Below are positions 56,905 through 64,000 of a DNA stretch of 64,000 bases, one piece after another (the stretch's first letter is position 1; every line of letters starts with the position of its first letter). The position numbers were made by a program, and so were the translations under genes. The DNA is from an uncultured Sphingorhabdus sp. (GTDB lineage Bacteria; Pseudomonadota; Alphaproteobacteria; Sphingomonadales; Sphingomonadaceae), in NCBI GenBank assembly GCA_964022345.1, contig CAXHZT010000003.1:45365-109364 (forward strand), written 5' to 3'. The notes below the pieces were generated by a model that saw only the letters and a list, made by a program, of their open reading frames with translations, did no database searches and was not told the origin of the DNA.

Positions 56905-57174
56905 CGACGGTCTATGCCAAGATCGCGCGCATGTGGCTATAGCAGAAATGATAAGCGCCGCGGTGGTGCTGGCACCGGTTAGAGGCATAGCTGGACTGCG
57001 AGTCCGGCGTTTTTGCCGCGTGCAGCGGGTCCCATGTCTTTGCGGAAAGGCGGGCCAGTCCCGGCCAGGTGAACCGCATCAATGTCGGTAGCACTTATCG
57101 GAAGCCATCGAAAATCGCTGGACGGGGAGATGTAGCCGCTCCCCAAGCCGGGAAACAGGCGTTAGAGAGAGGCC

Positions 57175-58284
57175 ATGTCCGACTCCGCTCCAGATCTGCT
57201 CCAGCGCAAGATCATCCATATCGATATGGATGCCTTTTTTGCCAGCGTCGAGCAACGGGATTTTCCCGAACTGCGTGGCAAGCCGGTGGCAGTGGGCGGT
57301 TCGTCCAAGCGCGGGGTTGTTGCGGCGGCCTCTTATGAAGCGCGCAAATTTGGCGTACGCTCGGCCATGGCATCGGTCACCGCCAAACGGCGCTGCCCCG
57401 ATCTGATTTTCGTCAAGCATCGCTTCGAAGTCTATCGCGAGGTGTCTCAGCAGATCCGGGCGATCTTCCGCATGCACAGCGATCTGGTCGAGCCGCTGTC
57501 GCTCGATGAAGCCTATATCGATGTTACCGAGGACAAAATGGGCATCGGCAATGCGACAAGAATCGCCGAGATGATCCGGGCGGAGATCAAAAAGCAGACC
57601 GGTCTCACCGCCAGCGCCGGGGTCAGCTATAACAAGTTCATCGCCAAGATCGCCTCCGACCAGAACAAGCCCGACGGGATTTGCGTGATCAAGCCCCATC
57701 AGGGGGCGGATTTTGTCGCCGGGCTGCCGGTGCGGCGTTTCTATGGCATCGGCCCGAAGACGGCCGAGCGGATGGCGAAGCTCGACATCCACACCGGCGC
57801 TGACCTGCGCGCGCAGTCGCAGGCTTTCCTGATTCAGCATTTCGGCAAGTCGGCGGGCTATCTGTTTCGCGCCTCGCGCGGCGTCGACCATCGCGAGGTG
57901 CGGGCCCACCGGATTCGCAAGTCGGTCGGTGGTGAGCGGACCTATGGCGATGATCTGGTCAGCGACAGCGATATGCATGACGCGTTCGAACATATTATCG
58001 ACATCGTCTGGAACAGCATCGAAAAATGCGAGGCGCGCGGGCGGACGGTGACGCTCAAAGCGAAATATGCCGATTTCCGGCAAGTGACGCGGTCCCATTC
58101 GGTGGATCATTATGTCGCGGACAAGAATGAATTTGCGCGCATCGGTCGTGAACTGTTGAACAGTATCATGCCGGTGGAAAATGGCGTGCGGTTGCTCGGA
58201 CTGACGCTCGGCAATCTGGAAGGCGCGGAAGCGAACACAGTGGAACCGGCCGACGACAGTGAGCAGACAGCGTTCGAATTTTAG
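57175..58284 (+). CDS. dinB: DNA polymerase IV
   Basis: IIHIDMDAFFASVEQ, SLDEAYLDV-type (SLDEAYIDV) and the HhH region GIGPKTAERM. Confidence 0.95.
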   Translation: MSDSAPDLLQRKIIHIDMDAFFASVEQRDFPELRGKPVAVGGSSKRGVVAAASYEARKFGVRSAMASVTAKRRCPDLIFVKHRFEVYREVSQQIRAIFRMHSDLVEPLSLDEAYIDVTEDKMGIGNATRIAEMIRAEIKKQTGLTASAGVSYNKFIAKIASDQNKPDGICVIKPHQGADFVAGLPVRRFYGIGPKTAERMAKLDIHTGADLRAQSQAFLIQHFGKSAGYLFRASRGVDHREVRAHRIRKSVGGERTYGDDLVSDSDMHDAFEHIIDIVWNSIEKCEARGRTVTLKAKYADFRQVTRSHSVDHYVADKNEFARIGRELLNSIMPVENGVRLLGLTLGNLEGAEANTVEPADDSEQTAFEF

Positions 58285-58288
58285 CGGG

Positions 58289-58427
58289 GGCAAGAGCGAC
58301 GTGCTCCGCGCTTGACGCGGAGTTCTGCTTTACAACGCGCGCTCTTGCCTCCCGGGAATCCGCGGGAGACGCGCAGCACAATATGATAGGTTCTTGCCGC
58401 CAGGGCTCCGCGTCAAGCGCGGAGCAC
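58289..58427. repeat. REP/MITE-like element, perfect 22-nt terminal inverted repeats with nested hairpins (copy A)
   Basis: gtgctccgcgcttgacgcggag (58301-58322) is the exact reverse complement of ctccgcgtcaagcgcggagcac (58406-58427). Each arm is itself ctccgcg-N5-cgcggag. An additional stem ggcaagagcg/cgctcttgcc (58289-58298 / 58340-58349) is present. Confidence 0.65.
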
Positions 58428-58450
58428 AATCACGCGCGGGACACGGGTGG

Positions 58451-58501
58451 TCAGAAACCCATTTCGTCGTAGATGCGGCTGACATCGCCATCCCCTTCGC
58501 C
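58451..58501 (-). pseudogene. Orphan duplicated 3' fragment of gshA (last 16 codons plus stop)
   Basis: The minus strand reads GEGDGDVSRIYDEMGF*, against the authentic gshA end GEWNGDVSRIYDEMSF* (59661-59711). The match is 45/51 nt, and no ORF continues upstream of it. Confidence 0.6.
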
Positions 58502-58570
58502 GCTTTCGAATTTTAGCCTTGCCATAAACTATACCTTGCAATACATAGTAACAATGTTAAGCAAGGCACC

Positions 58571-58951
58571 ATGATGGAAACGCAAGCAAATATTGAGTCG
58601 AAATGGGATGCCCAGCTCCGCAAGGGAACGCTGGAGCTGGTCATATTGGCGGTATTGAAAGAGCGGCGGCTGTACGGCCTCGAGCTGCTCGGCCAGCTGC
58701 AATCGCTCGAGACGACGGCGATAACCGAAGGGACTTTATATCCCCTGCTGGACCGGCTCAAACGGGACGGCCTTGTCGATGCCCATTGGCAGCAAGAGGG
58801 CGAGACCCGGCCCCGCAAATATTACAAGCTCACCATGAAGGGTGAGGAGAAGCTGGCCGATCTGACGATCCGCTGGCGCAAATCCATCGAAGATATTGAA
58901 ACCTTATTGAACAATCCCGGGCCGGGACCGATCCGCCCGAAAGGAGACTGA
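58571..58951 (+). CDS. PadR family transcriptional regulator
   Basis: Winged-helix signature LELVILAVL....YG.EL........T....GTLYPLLDRLKRDGLV...W.......RKYY.LT..G. Confidence 0.9.
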   Translation: MMETQANIESKWDAQLRKGTLELVILAVLKERRLYGLELLGQLQSLETTAITEGTLYPLLDRLKRDGLVDAHWQQEGETRPRKYYKLTMKGEEKLADLTIRWRKSIEDIETLLNNPGPGPIRPKGD

Positions 58952-58952
58952 T

Positions 58953-59507
58953 ATGTCAGACCGCGAGATGATCCACGATTACCTGCAATCGCTGATGCGC
59001 TTCCTGTCCCGCCTCGACCAGGAGGATGCCGATGACGTGCTGCGCGAAATCGAGAGCCATATCTACGATGTGATGGAAATGCGCGAAGAAAACGGTCAAA
59101 TGATCGATGCTTCGGCCATATTGGAAGGCTTCGGCCAGCCGCGCGATCTGGCGAGCCAATATGTCGACCATATTTTGAAGGGGGCGCCGCCACCCAGAGG
59201 ATTTAAGGCGATCCAGCGGGTGAAACGGGGCGCAACCAGCGGACTGCGCTATGCGACGGCTCTGGTCGGCTATGTCACGGCTGCGACGCTGATCGTTATC
59301 GGTCTTTACAAGCTGGTCGATCCCGATGCGGTCGGCTTCTGGGCGAATGAATCGGGGGAATCCGTTGTGATCGGCGCTTTGTCGGAAGTTCCGGCGGGTA
59401 CGCACGAGCTAATGGGATGGTGGCTGACGCCGGTCGCGATCCTGTTGGGCATCGGCGCGGCTTTTCTGACCAGCAGGCTGCTTGGGGTTTTGAAACTGAA
59501 GAGCTGA
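58953..59507 (+). CDS. DUF1700/HAAS-type membrane protein partnered with PadR
   Basis: An N-terminal helical domain (YL..L...L..L...D..DVLREIESHI) followed by two TM helices. It starts 2 nt after the padR stop. Confidence 0.75.
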   Translation: MSDREMIHDYLQSLMRFLSRLDQEDADDVLREIESHIYDVMEMREENGQMIDASAILEGFGQPRDLASQYVDHILKGAPPPRGFKAIQRVKRGATSGLRYATALVGYVTAATLIVIGLYKLVDPDAVGFWANESGESVVIGALSEVPAGTHELMGWWLTPVAILLGIGAAFLTSRLLGVLKLKS

Positions 59508-59553
59508 GTTCTGGCCGTTCGTAGTGTGTCGGCCACCGAGCGGGGGTGGGCCT

Positions 59554-59632
59554 GTGCTCCGCACTTGATGCGGAGCTCTGCATTACAAAGAACGCTTTTT
59601 GCCTTCAGGGCTCCGCGTCGAGCGCGGAGCAC
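59554..59632. repeat. REP/MITE-like element (copy B, shorter, imperfect inverted repeats)
   Basis: gtgctccgcacttgatgcggag (59554-59575) matches the reverse complement of ctccgcgtcgagcgcggagcac (59611-59632) at 19/22. It is collinear with copy A. Confidence 0.6.
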
Positions 59633-59660
59633 AAATCTATGCGACGCGCAGTGAGGGTGT

Positions 59661-61034
59661 TCAGAAACTCATCTCGTCATAGATCCGGCTGACATCGCCA
59701 TTCCATTCGCCATGATAGCGGTCGAGCAATTGCGCCGCCGGTGACTTGCCCTTGGCGACCACTTCGCGGAGCGGGTCGAGGAAGCCGCTTTCATTGTCGC
59801 CGCTGCTGTTGAGGCGGTTCCGCGCAGTGAGGCCGGCCGACGATATGTCGAGAATTTCCGCGGCCAGGTCTTTCAGCGTCTGGCCATTGGGAATCGGTGT
59901 ATCGAGCCCGAGCTTGGGCACGCCGTTGCGCAGTGCTTCGCGTTCTTCCATGGTCCAGCCCTTGACCCGGTCCCAGGCGGCATCGAGCGCCGTCTGGTCA
60001 TAGAGCAGGCCGACCCAGAATGCGGGCAGGGCGCAGATGCGGTTCCACGGGCCGCCATCGGCGCCGCGCATCTCGAGGAAGCTCTTCAGGCGTACTTCGG
60101 GGAAGGCGGTCGAAAGATGATCGTTCCAGTCGGACATGGTCGGTTTCTCGCCCGGCAGGACCGAAAGATTGCCCTTCAGGAAATCGCGGAAGCTGAGGCC
60201 CGCGGCGTCAATATATTTGCCATCGCGGAAGACGAAATACATCGGCACGTCGAGCATATATTCGGCATAGCGTTCGTAGCCGAAACCGTCCTCGAACACG
60301 AAGGGCAGCATGCCGGTGCGGTGCGGATCGGTGTCCGACCAGATATGGCTGCGAAAACTCTGGTAGCCGTTGGGCTTGCCTTCGGTGAAGGGCGAATTGG
60401 CGAATAAGGCGGTGGCCAGCGGCTGCAGCGCCAGCCCGACGCGGAATTTCTGCGCCATGTCGGCTTCGCTGGCATAGTCGAGATTGACCTGGATCGTACA
60501 GGTGCGCAGCATCATGTCGAGGCCGAGATTGCCGACGCGCGGCATATGGTCGAGCATGATCTGGTAGCGGCCCTTGGGCATGATCGGCAGTTCGGCGCGG
60601 GTCTTATCGGGCCACATGCCCATGCCGAGGAAACCGGTGCCGGTTTTTTCGCCAATGGCTTTGACCTGCTGCAAATGGCGGCCGGTTTCGTTGCAGGTCT
60701 CGTGCAGATTTTCCAGCGGCGCGCCGGACAGTTCCAGCTGGCCTGCGGGTTCGAGGCTGATCGCGCCGTCGCTGCCGGACATCGCGATGACCTTGCCGCC
60801 TTCTTCAACCGGCTTCCAGCCGAATTCCTGCATGGCGAGCAGCAGGTCCCTGATGCCGCCGGGCTCGTCATAGCTCGGCGCGTGATGGTCGGTGGTGGAA
60901 TAGACGAATTTCTCGTGCTCGGTGCCGATCCGCCAGCGGTCCTTCGGCTTTTCGCCCTTGGCCATGGGTTCGACCAGCTGGCCGATATTCTCGATCACAG
61001 GATCGTTGCTGTCTGAAACCTGTCTAGTGCTCAT
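59661..61034 (-). CDS. gshA: Glutamate-cysteine ligase, plant/alphaproteobacterial type (GCS2)
   Basis: 457 aa. RIGTEHEKF, GMG..P and MLRTCTIQVNLD motifs are characteristic of the GshA group 3 enzymes. Confidence 0.93.
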   Translation of the reverse strand: MSTRQVSDSNDPVIENIGQLVEPMAKGEKPKDRWRIGTEHEKFVYSTTDHHAPSYDEPGGIRDLLLAMQEFGWKPVEEGGKVIAMSGSDGAISLEPAGQLELSGAPLENLHETCNETGRHLQQVKAIGEKTGTGFLGMGMWPDKTRAELPIMPKGRYQIMLDHMPRVGNLGLDMMLRTCTIQVNLDYASEADMAQKFRVGLALQPLATALFANSPFTEGKPNGYQSFRSHIWSDTDPHRTGMLPFVFEDGFGYERYAEYMLDVPMYFVFRDGKYIDAAGLSFRDFLKGNLSVLPGEKPTMSDWNDHLSTAFPEVRLKSFLEMRGADGGPWNRICALPAFWVGLLYDQTALDAAWDRVKGWTMEEREALRNGVPKLGLDTPIPNGQTLKDLAAEILDISSAGLTARNRLNSSGDNESGFLDPLREVVAKGKSPAAQLLDRYHGEWNGDVSRIYDEMSF

Positions 61035-61109
61035 TGTCCAGCCTTAGAAAATCATCGGTGGCTAGGCCACCGAAAAAAATACTGATCCGCTGAAAGCAAT
61101 TGTTGCTTG

Positions 61110-61691
61110 TCAGAGCAACCAGCTGACGGCGGCGAAACCGCCGACGAACAATATGCCGACCACTGTGGTGGCGAGCGCGAAATTCTTGTCGATCCAGATT
61201 TTCATCGGCGGCCCGAAAAAGCGCAGCAGCGCCGCGACCAGAAAGAAGCGTGCCGAACGGGCGATAATCGCCGCGCCGACCAGGATATGCAGCGGCATTG
61301 CGGTGCTGCCGGCGGCGATGGTGATCACCTTGAACGGCAGCGGCGTGAAGCCGGCGAGCAGCACCACGATCCAGCCCTGTTCGTTGAAATTCTGCGCAAA
61401 AATATCGAATTTCTCGGTCACGCCGTAAAATTCGAGAATCGGCATGCCGACGGTTTCAAAGACGAAATAGCCGATGGCATAGCCAAGCAGCGCCCCGAGC
61501 ACCGATGCGATGGTGCAGATCAGGGCATACCACCAGGATCGCTCCGGCTTTGCCAGGCACATCGGCGCTAGCATGACATCCGGCGGGATCGGGAAGAAGC
61601 TGGATTCGGCAAAGCTGATCCCGGCGAGCCATTTCGGGGCCTGCCGGTGGGCTGCCTTGTCGAGCATCCATTCGTAGAGTTTCTTGAGCAT
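61110..61691 (-). CDS. DedA/YqaA family membrane protein
   Basis: FAESSFFPIPPDV.L.PM signature of YqaA-type SNARE-associated proteins. Confidence 0.85.
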   Translation of the reverse strand: MLKKLYEWMLDKAAHRQAPKWLAGISFAESSFFPIPPDVMLAPMCLAKPERSWWYALICTIASVLGALLGYAIGYFVFETVGMPILEFYGVTEKFDIFAQNFNEQGWIVVLLAGFTPLPFKVITIAAGSTAMPLHILVGAAIIARSARFFLVAALLRFFGPPMKIWIDKNFALATTVVGILFVGGFAAVSWLL

Positions 61692-61856
61692 TATTTTTTA
61701 GACCTCAATCGCCGGGCGGGCGCATCCGCGCCCTTGGCTTTCCTCGCATAAGCTCGGGCGCGCGGTCGCGCTTGCCTCACTTCGCTCGGTTTGTTGGAGC
61801 GAATTCAGAGTGAAGCGAAGCACAGCCAATTGGCCGTCGCGCCATAAACCCACCGT

Positions 61857-63446
61857 CTAGTGACCGGGTGTGCCGGTGATTTCCTCGAGCAGCTCTTTTG
61901 GCGTCTCGCGGCCATGGTCGGTGCCGGCGGAGCGATTGCCTTTCGCCAGGGCGAAGACGACGCCGGAGAGTGCCAGCAGGCCGATGATATTGGGCAGGGT
62001 CATCGCGGCATTGGAAATGTCGCCGAGACGCCAGACCAGTTGCAGCGGCGCGAAGGAGCCGACGAAGATCACCACGCACCACAATATCCGCCAGATGATG
62101 TGCAGGGTTTTCTCGCCCTTCAGGCTGGATCCCGGCAGACGGTCATAGAGATAGGTGATCGCCCGCTCGCCATAATAGCTCCAGGTGAGCAAAGTGGTGA
62201 AGACGAACAGGATCAGCGCGACCGAAACCACCAAAGTGCCGACGGGAATTCCGAAGACCAGATAGGGGAAGGCCGCTGCATAGGCGCCGGAGGTCATGGC
62301 AAAGCCCTGCAGATCGGACTGCCAGGCATGTTCTACCGCCTGGGTGACGCCATTGGCGTCGGTGAAGGTGAAGTCGCCGGCCACGGTGAGCATGACCAGC
62401 GCGGTCATCGTACAGATGACCACCGTATCGATGAAGGTCCCCATCATCGCAAAACGGCCCTGCGCCGCCGGATCATTGGTCTGCGCGACCGCATGGGCGA
62501 TCGGCGTCGAACCCTGCCCCGCCTCGTTGGAGAACAGGCCGCGCGCGACACCGGCGCGGATCGCCATGATGATCGCTGCGCCGAGGAAGCCGCCGCTGGC
62601 CGACTGGACGTTGAACGCGCCGTCGAAAATCCGGCCGAAGGTTTCCGGCAAATAGGGCAGGTTGATCAGCAGGGCAGCCATTGCCATCAGCAGATAGGCA
62701 CCGGCCATCCATGGGACGATCGTTTCGGCAACCTTGCCGATCGACTTGATGCCGCCGATGATCACCGCAAACACGGCCACCGCCGCAACGGCGCCGCCGA
62801 TCCATTCGGGAATGCCGAACAGTTCATTGGCGCTGTCGCCGAGGCTGTTGGCCTGGATGCCGTTGCCGGTAACCAGCGCGGAAAACAGGGTGCCGAGACA
62901 GAAGAGTATTGCGAGCCACGTCCATTTCGGACCGAGGCCGATGGCGATATAGGTCATCGGACCGCCGCGATAGGTGCCGTCAGCGGCCTGTGAACGGAAG
63001 CGCACGGCCAGAGAGCCTTCGGCAAAGGCGAGGGCCATGCCGAACAGGGCGGTTACCCACATCCAGAAAATCGCGCCGGGTCCGCCGAGCGTGATCGCGG
63101 TGGCCACGCCAGCGAGATTGCCGGTGCCAACCTGGCCGGAAAGCGCTGTCGACAGCGCAGCAAAAGGAGAAATTTCGCCGGCGCCCTTGTTGTCCGACTT
63201 TTTGAACAAGCCTGCCAGCGCGGGGAAAAGGCGGCGCAGCGGATAGCCGCGCAAACCGATCATGAAGTATATCCCGGCACCGAGCAGGATCACCACCATC
63301 GGCGGTATCGGCAGGATTTCCACCCCGGCCCAGCTGCCGCCCCAGATGAAATCCGACACATTGGTGATCGGCTCGATCGCCGCTTCGAGACCTGAAACAG
63401 GTGCTGTACTCACAAAACTTCTCCCCGATGGCGCGCATTGGCGCAT
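61857..63446 (-). CDS. Alanine/glycine:cation symporter (AGCS) family transporter
   Basis: GPGAIFWMWVTALFGMA..FAE..LAV.FR and SNEAGQGSTPIAHA motifs. The start is uncertain (possibly the GTG about 33 nt downstream). Confidence 0.9.
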   Translation of the reverse strand: MRQCAPSGRSFVSTAPVSGLEAAIEPITNVSDFIWGGSWAGVEILPIPPMVVILLGAGIYFMIGLRGYPLRRLFPALAGLFKKSDNKGAGEISPFAALSTALSGQVGTGNLAGVATAITLGGPGAIFWMWVTALFGMALAFAEGSLAVRFRSQAADGTYRGGPMTYIAIGLGPKWTWLAILFCLGTLFSALVTGNGIQANSLGDSANELFGIPEWIGGAVAAVAVFAVIIGGIKSIGKVAETIVPWMAGAYLLMAMAALLINLPYLPETFGRIFDGAFNVQSASGGFLGAAIIMAIRAGVARGLFSNEAGQGSTPIAHAVAQTNDPAAQGRFAMMGTFIDTVVICTMTALVMLTVAGDFTFTDANGVTQAVEHAWQSDLQGFAMTSGAYAAAFPYLVFGIPVGTLVVSVALILFVFTTLLTWSYYGERAITYLYDRLPGSSLKGEKTLHIIWRILWCVVIFVGSFAPLQLVWRLGDISNAAMTLPNIIGLLALSGVVFALAKGNRSAGTDHGRETPKELLEEITGTPGH

Positions 63447-63557
63447 ATTCTATCCCGTGCGGCAGGATTAGCAGGCGGAGGCTTTTTGGCAAATGCTTTT
63501 GCCATTGCAGCTGTAGCGCTTATGCTGAAAGAAAGCGAAAAACAGCATGGAGATGAA

Positions 63558-64000
63558 ATGATGCACAGCCTGTGGGTGAAGAAAAACGACCTCGCGCAGT
63601 CGGAATGGCGGGAAAGCGATGCGCCGTCCCTGGCCGAGGGGCAGATATTGCTGGAGGTCGAAAAATACGCCCTGACGGCCAATAATATCACCTATGCCGT
63701 GGTCGGCGACGGCTTCGGCTACTGGAATTTCTTCCCGACCGGCGATGCGGAATGGGGCATTGTTCCGGTCTGGGGCTTCGCGAAGGTCGTAGCCTCGGAA
63801 AATGCCGATATTGCGGTGGGCGAGCGGGTCTACGGCTATCTGCCGATGGCCAGCCATTTGCTGGTTACGCCGGCCAATGTGCAGGACGGCGGCTTCGTCG
63901 ATGGTGCGGAACATCGGCAGGGACTGGCGATCATCTACAATCAATATCAGCGGCTGGGATCGGACGCGGGCGCGCATGAAGCGGAACGGGCGATTTTCCA
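63558..64000 (+). CDS. DUF2855-like protein, 5' part (runs off the window)
   Basis: Hand-translated open frame from the ATG at 63558: MMHSLWVKKNDLAQSEWRESDAPSLAEGQILLEVEKYALTANNITYAVVGDGFGYWNFFP... It is absent from the ORF track because no stop lies within the window. The family is recalled from memory. Confidence 0.55.
   Translation, partial: MMHSLWVKKNDLAQSEWRESDAPSLAEGQILLEVEKYALTANNITYAVVGDGFGYWNFFPTGDAEWGIVPVWGFAKVVASENADIAVGERVYGYLPMASHLLVTPANVQDGGFVDGAEHRQGLAIIYNQYQRLGSDAGAHEAERAIF

Noticed and set aside
56905-57174. An alphaproteobacterial LexA box (GTTC-N7-GTTC / GAAC-N7-GAAC) upstream of dinB.
   Set aside because: Only a single GAAC half-site (gtgaaccgcatcaatgt) is present, and there is no second repeat at the required spacing.
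58166-58429. The 87-aa minus-strand ORF spanning the dinB end and repeat copy A.
   Set aside because: It runs through the palindromic repeat element and antisense to dinB. Its sequence is Arg/Ala/Cys/Pro-rich with no SD. It is an artefact of the repeat.
61740-61830. A possible further REP-like element between the dedA-like and AGCS genes (ctcacttcgctc ... gagtgaagcgaa).
   Set aside because: The arms match only 9/12 as an inverted repeat because the pyrimidine-rich arm is nearly mirror-symmetric. The only solid stem is ttcgctc/gagcgaa (7 bp). That is insufficient to call an element.
63447-63557. A glycine riboswitch in front of the alanine/glycine:cation symporter.
   Set aside because: The minus-strand leader is only about 110 nt and lacks the conserved GGAGAG...ACCGAAGGGGCAA cores.

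Overview
The window is a gene-dense chromosomal segment of about 55-58% GC by eye. It looks alphaproteobacterial and Sphingomonadales-like. That placement is an inference from gene content and synteny: mutM-rpsT-dnaA, cpdR, plant-type gshA, pntAA-pntAB-pntB, tlpA/argH/lysA and rpmF-plsX-fabH.

Most of it is housekeeping:
- dapB, cobB, dut, coaBC, ubiB, ubiE, mutM, rpsT, dnaA, argH, lysA, tlyA
- a thiolase, rpmF, plsX, fabH, cpdR, a DEAD-box helicase, the pnt operon, dinB and gshA
- two tRNA-Val genes (anticodons TAC and GAC)

I found no rRNA, CRISPR array, transposase or integrase.

The accessory or unusual content is:
1. A four-gene archaic (SCPU/Csu-like) chaperone-usher pilus operon behind a 1.16-kb gene-free, AT-rich, structured leader.
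2. A phage-like switch: an S24/LexA-type repressor divergent from two small overlapping unknown ORFs, with two TAGG-N6-CCTA palindromes between them.
3. A padR-DUF1700 cassette bracketed by a diverged ~200-bp direct duplication. The duplication carries a REP/MITE-like element plus the last 17 codons of gshA, and the upstream copy is itself flanked by a 16-nt repeat of the dinB tail.
4. Several intergenic elements with terminal inverted repeats in which each arm is itself a hairpin.
5. A conserved-unknown pair: a periplasmic parallel beta-helix protein and an SO2930-type diheme cytochrome.
6. An N-formylglutamate amidohydrolase gene whose conserved N-terminus lies upstream of any canonical start codon.
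7. Sub-60-aa genes missed by the ORF track (rpmF, a COX4-like 40-aa ORF, a 19-aa ORF with a perfect SD).

I did not recognise a complete, obviously novel multi-gene system such as a defence island. The S24 switch module and the padR duplication are the best candidates for follow-up.

All family assignments come from motif and sequence recognition by eye. No alignment, HMM or covariance search was run, and start codons are best guesses.
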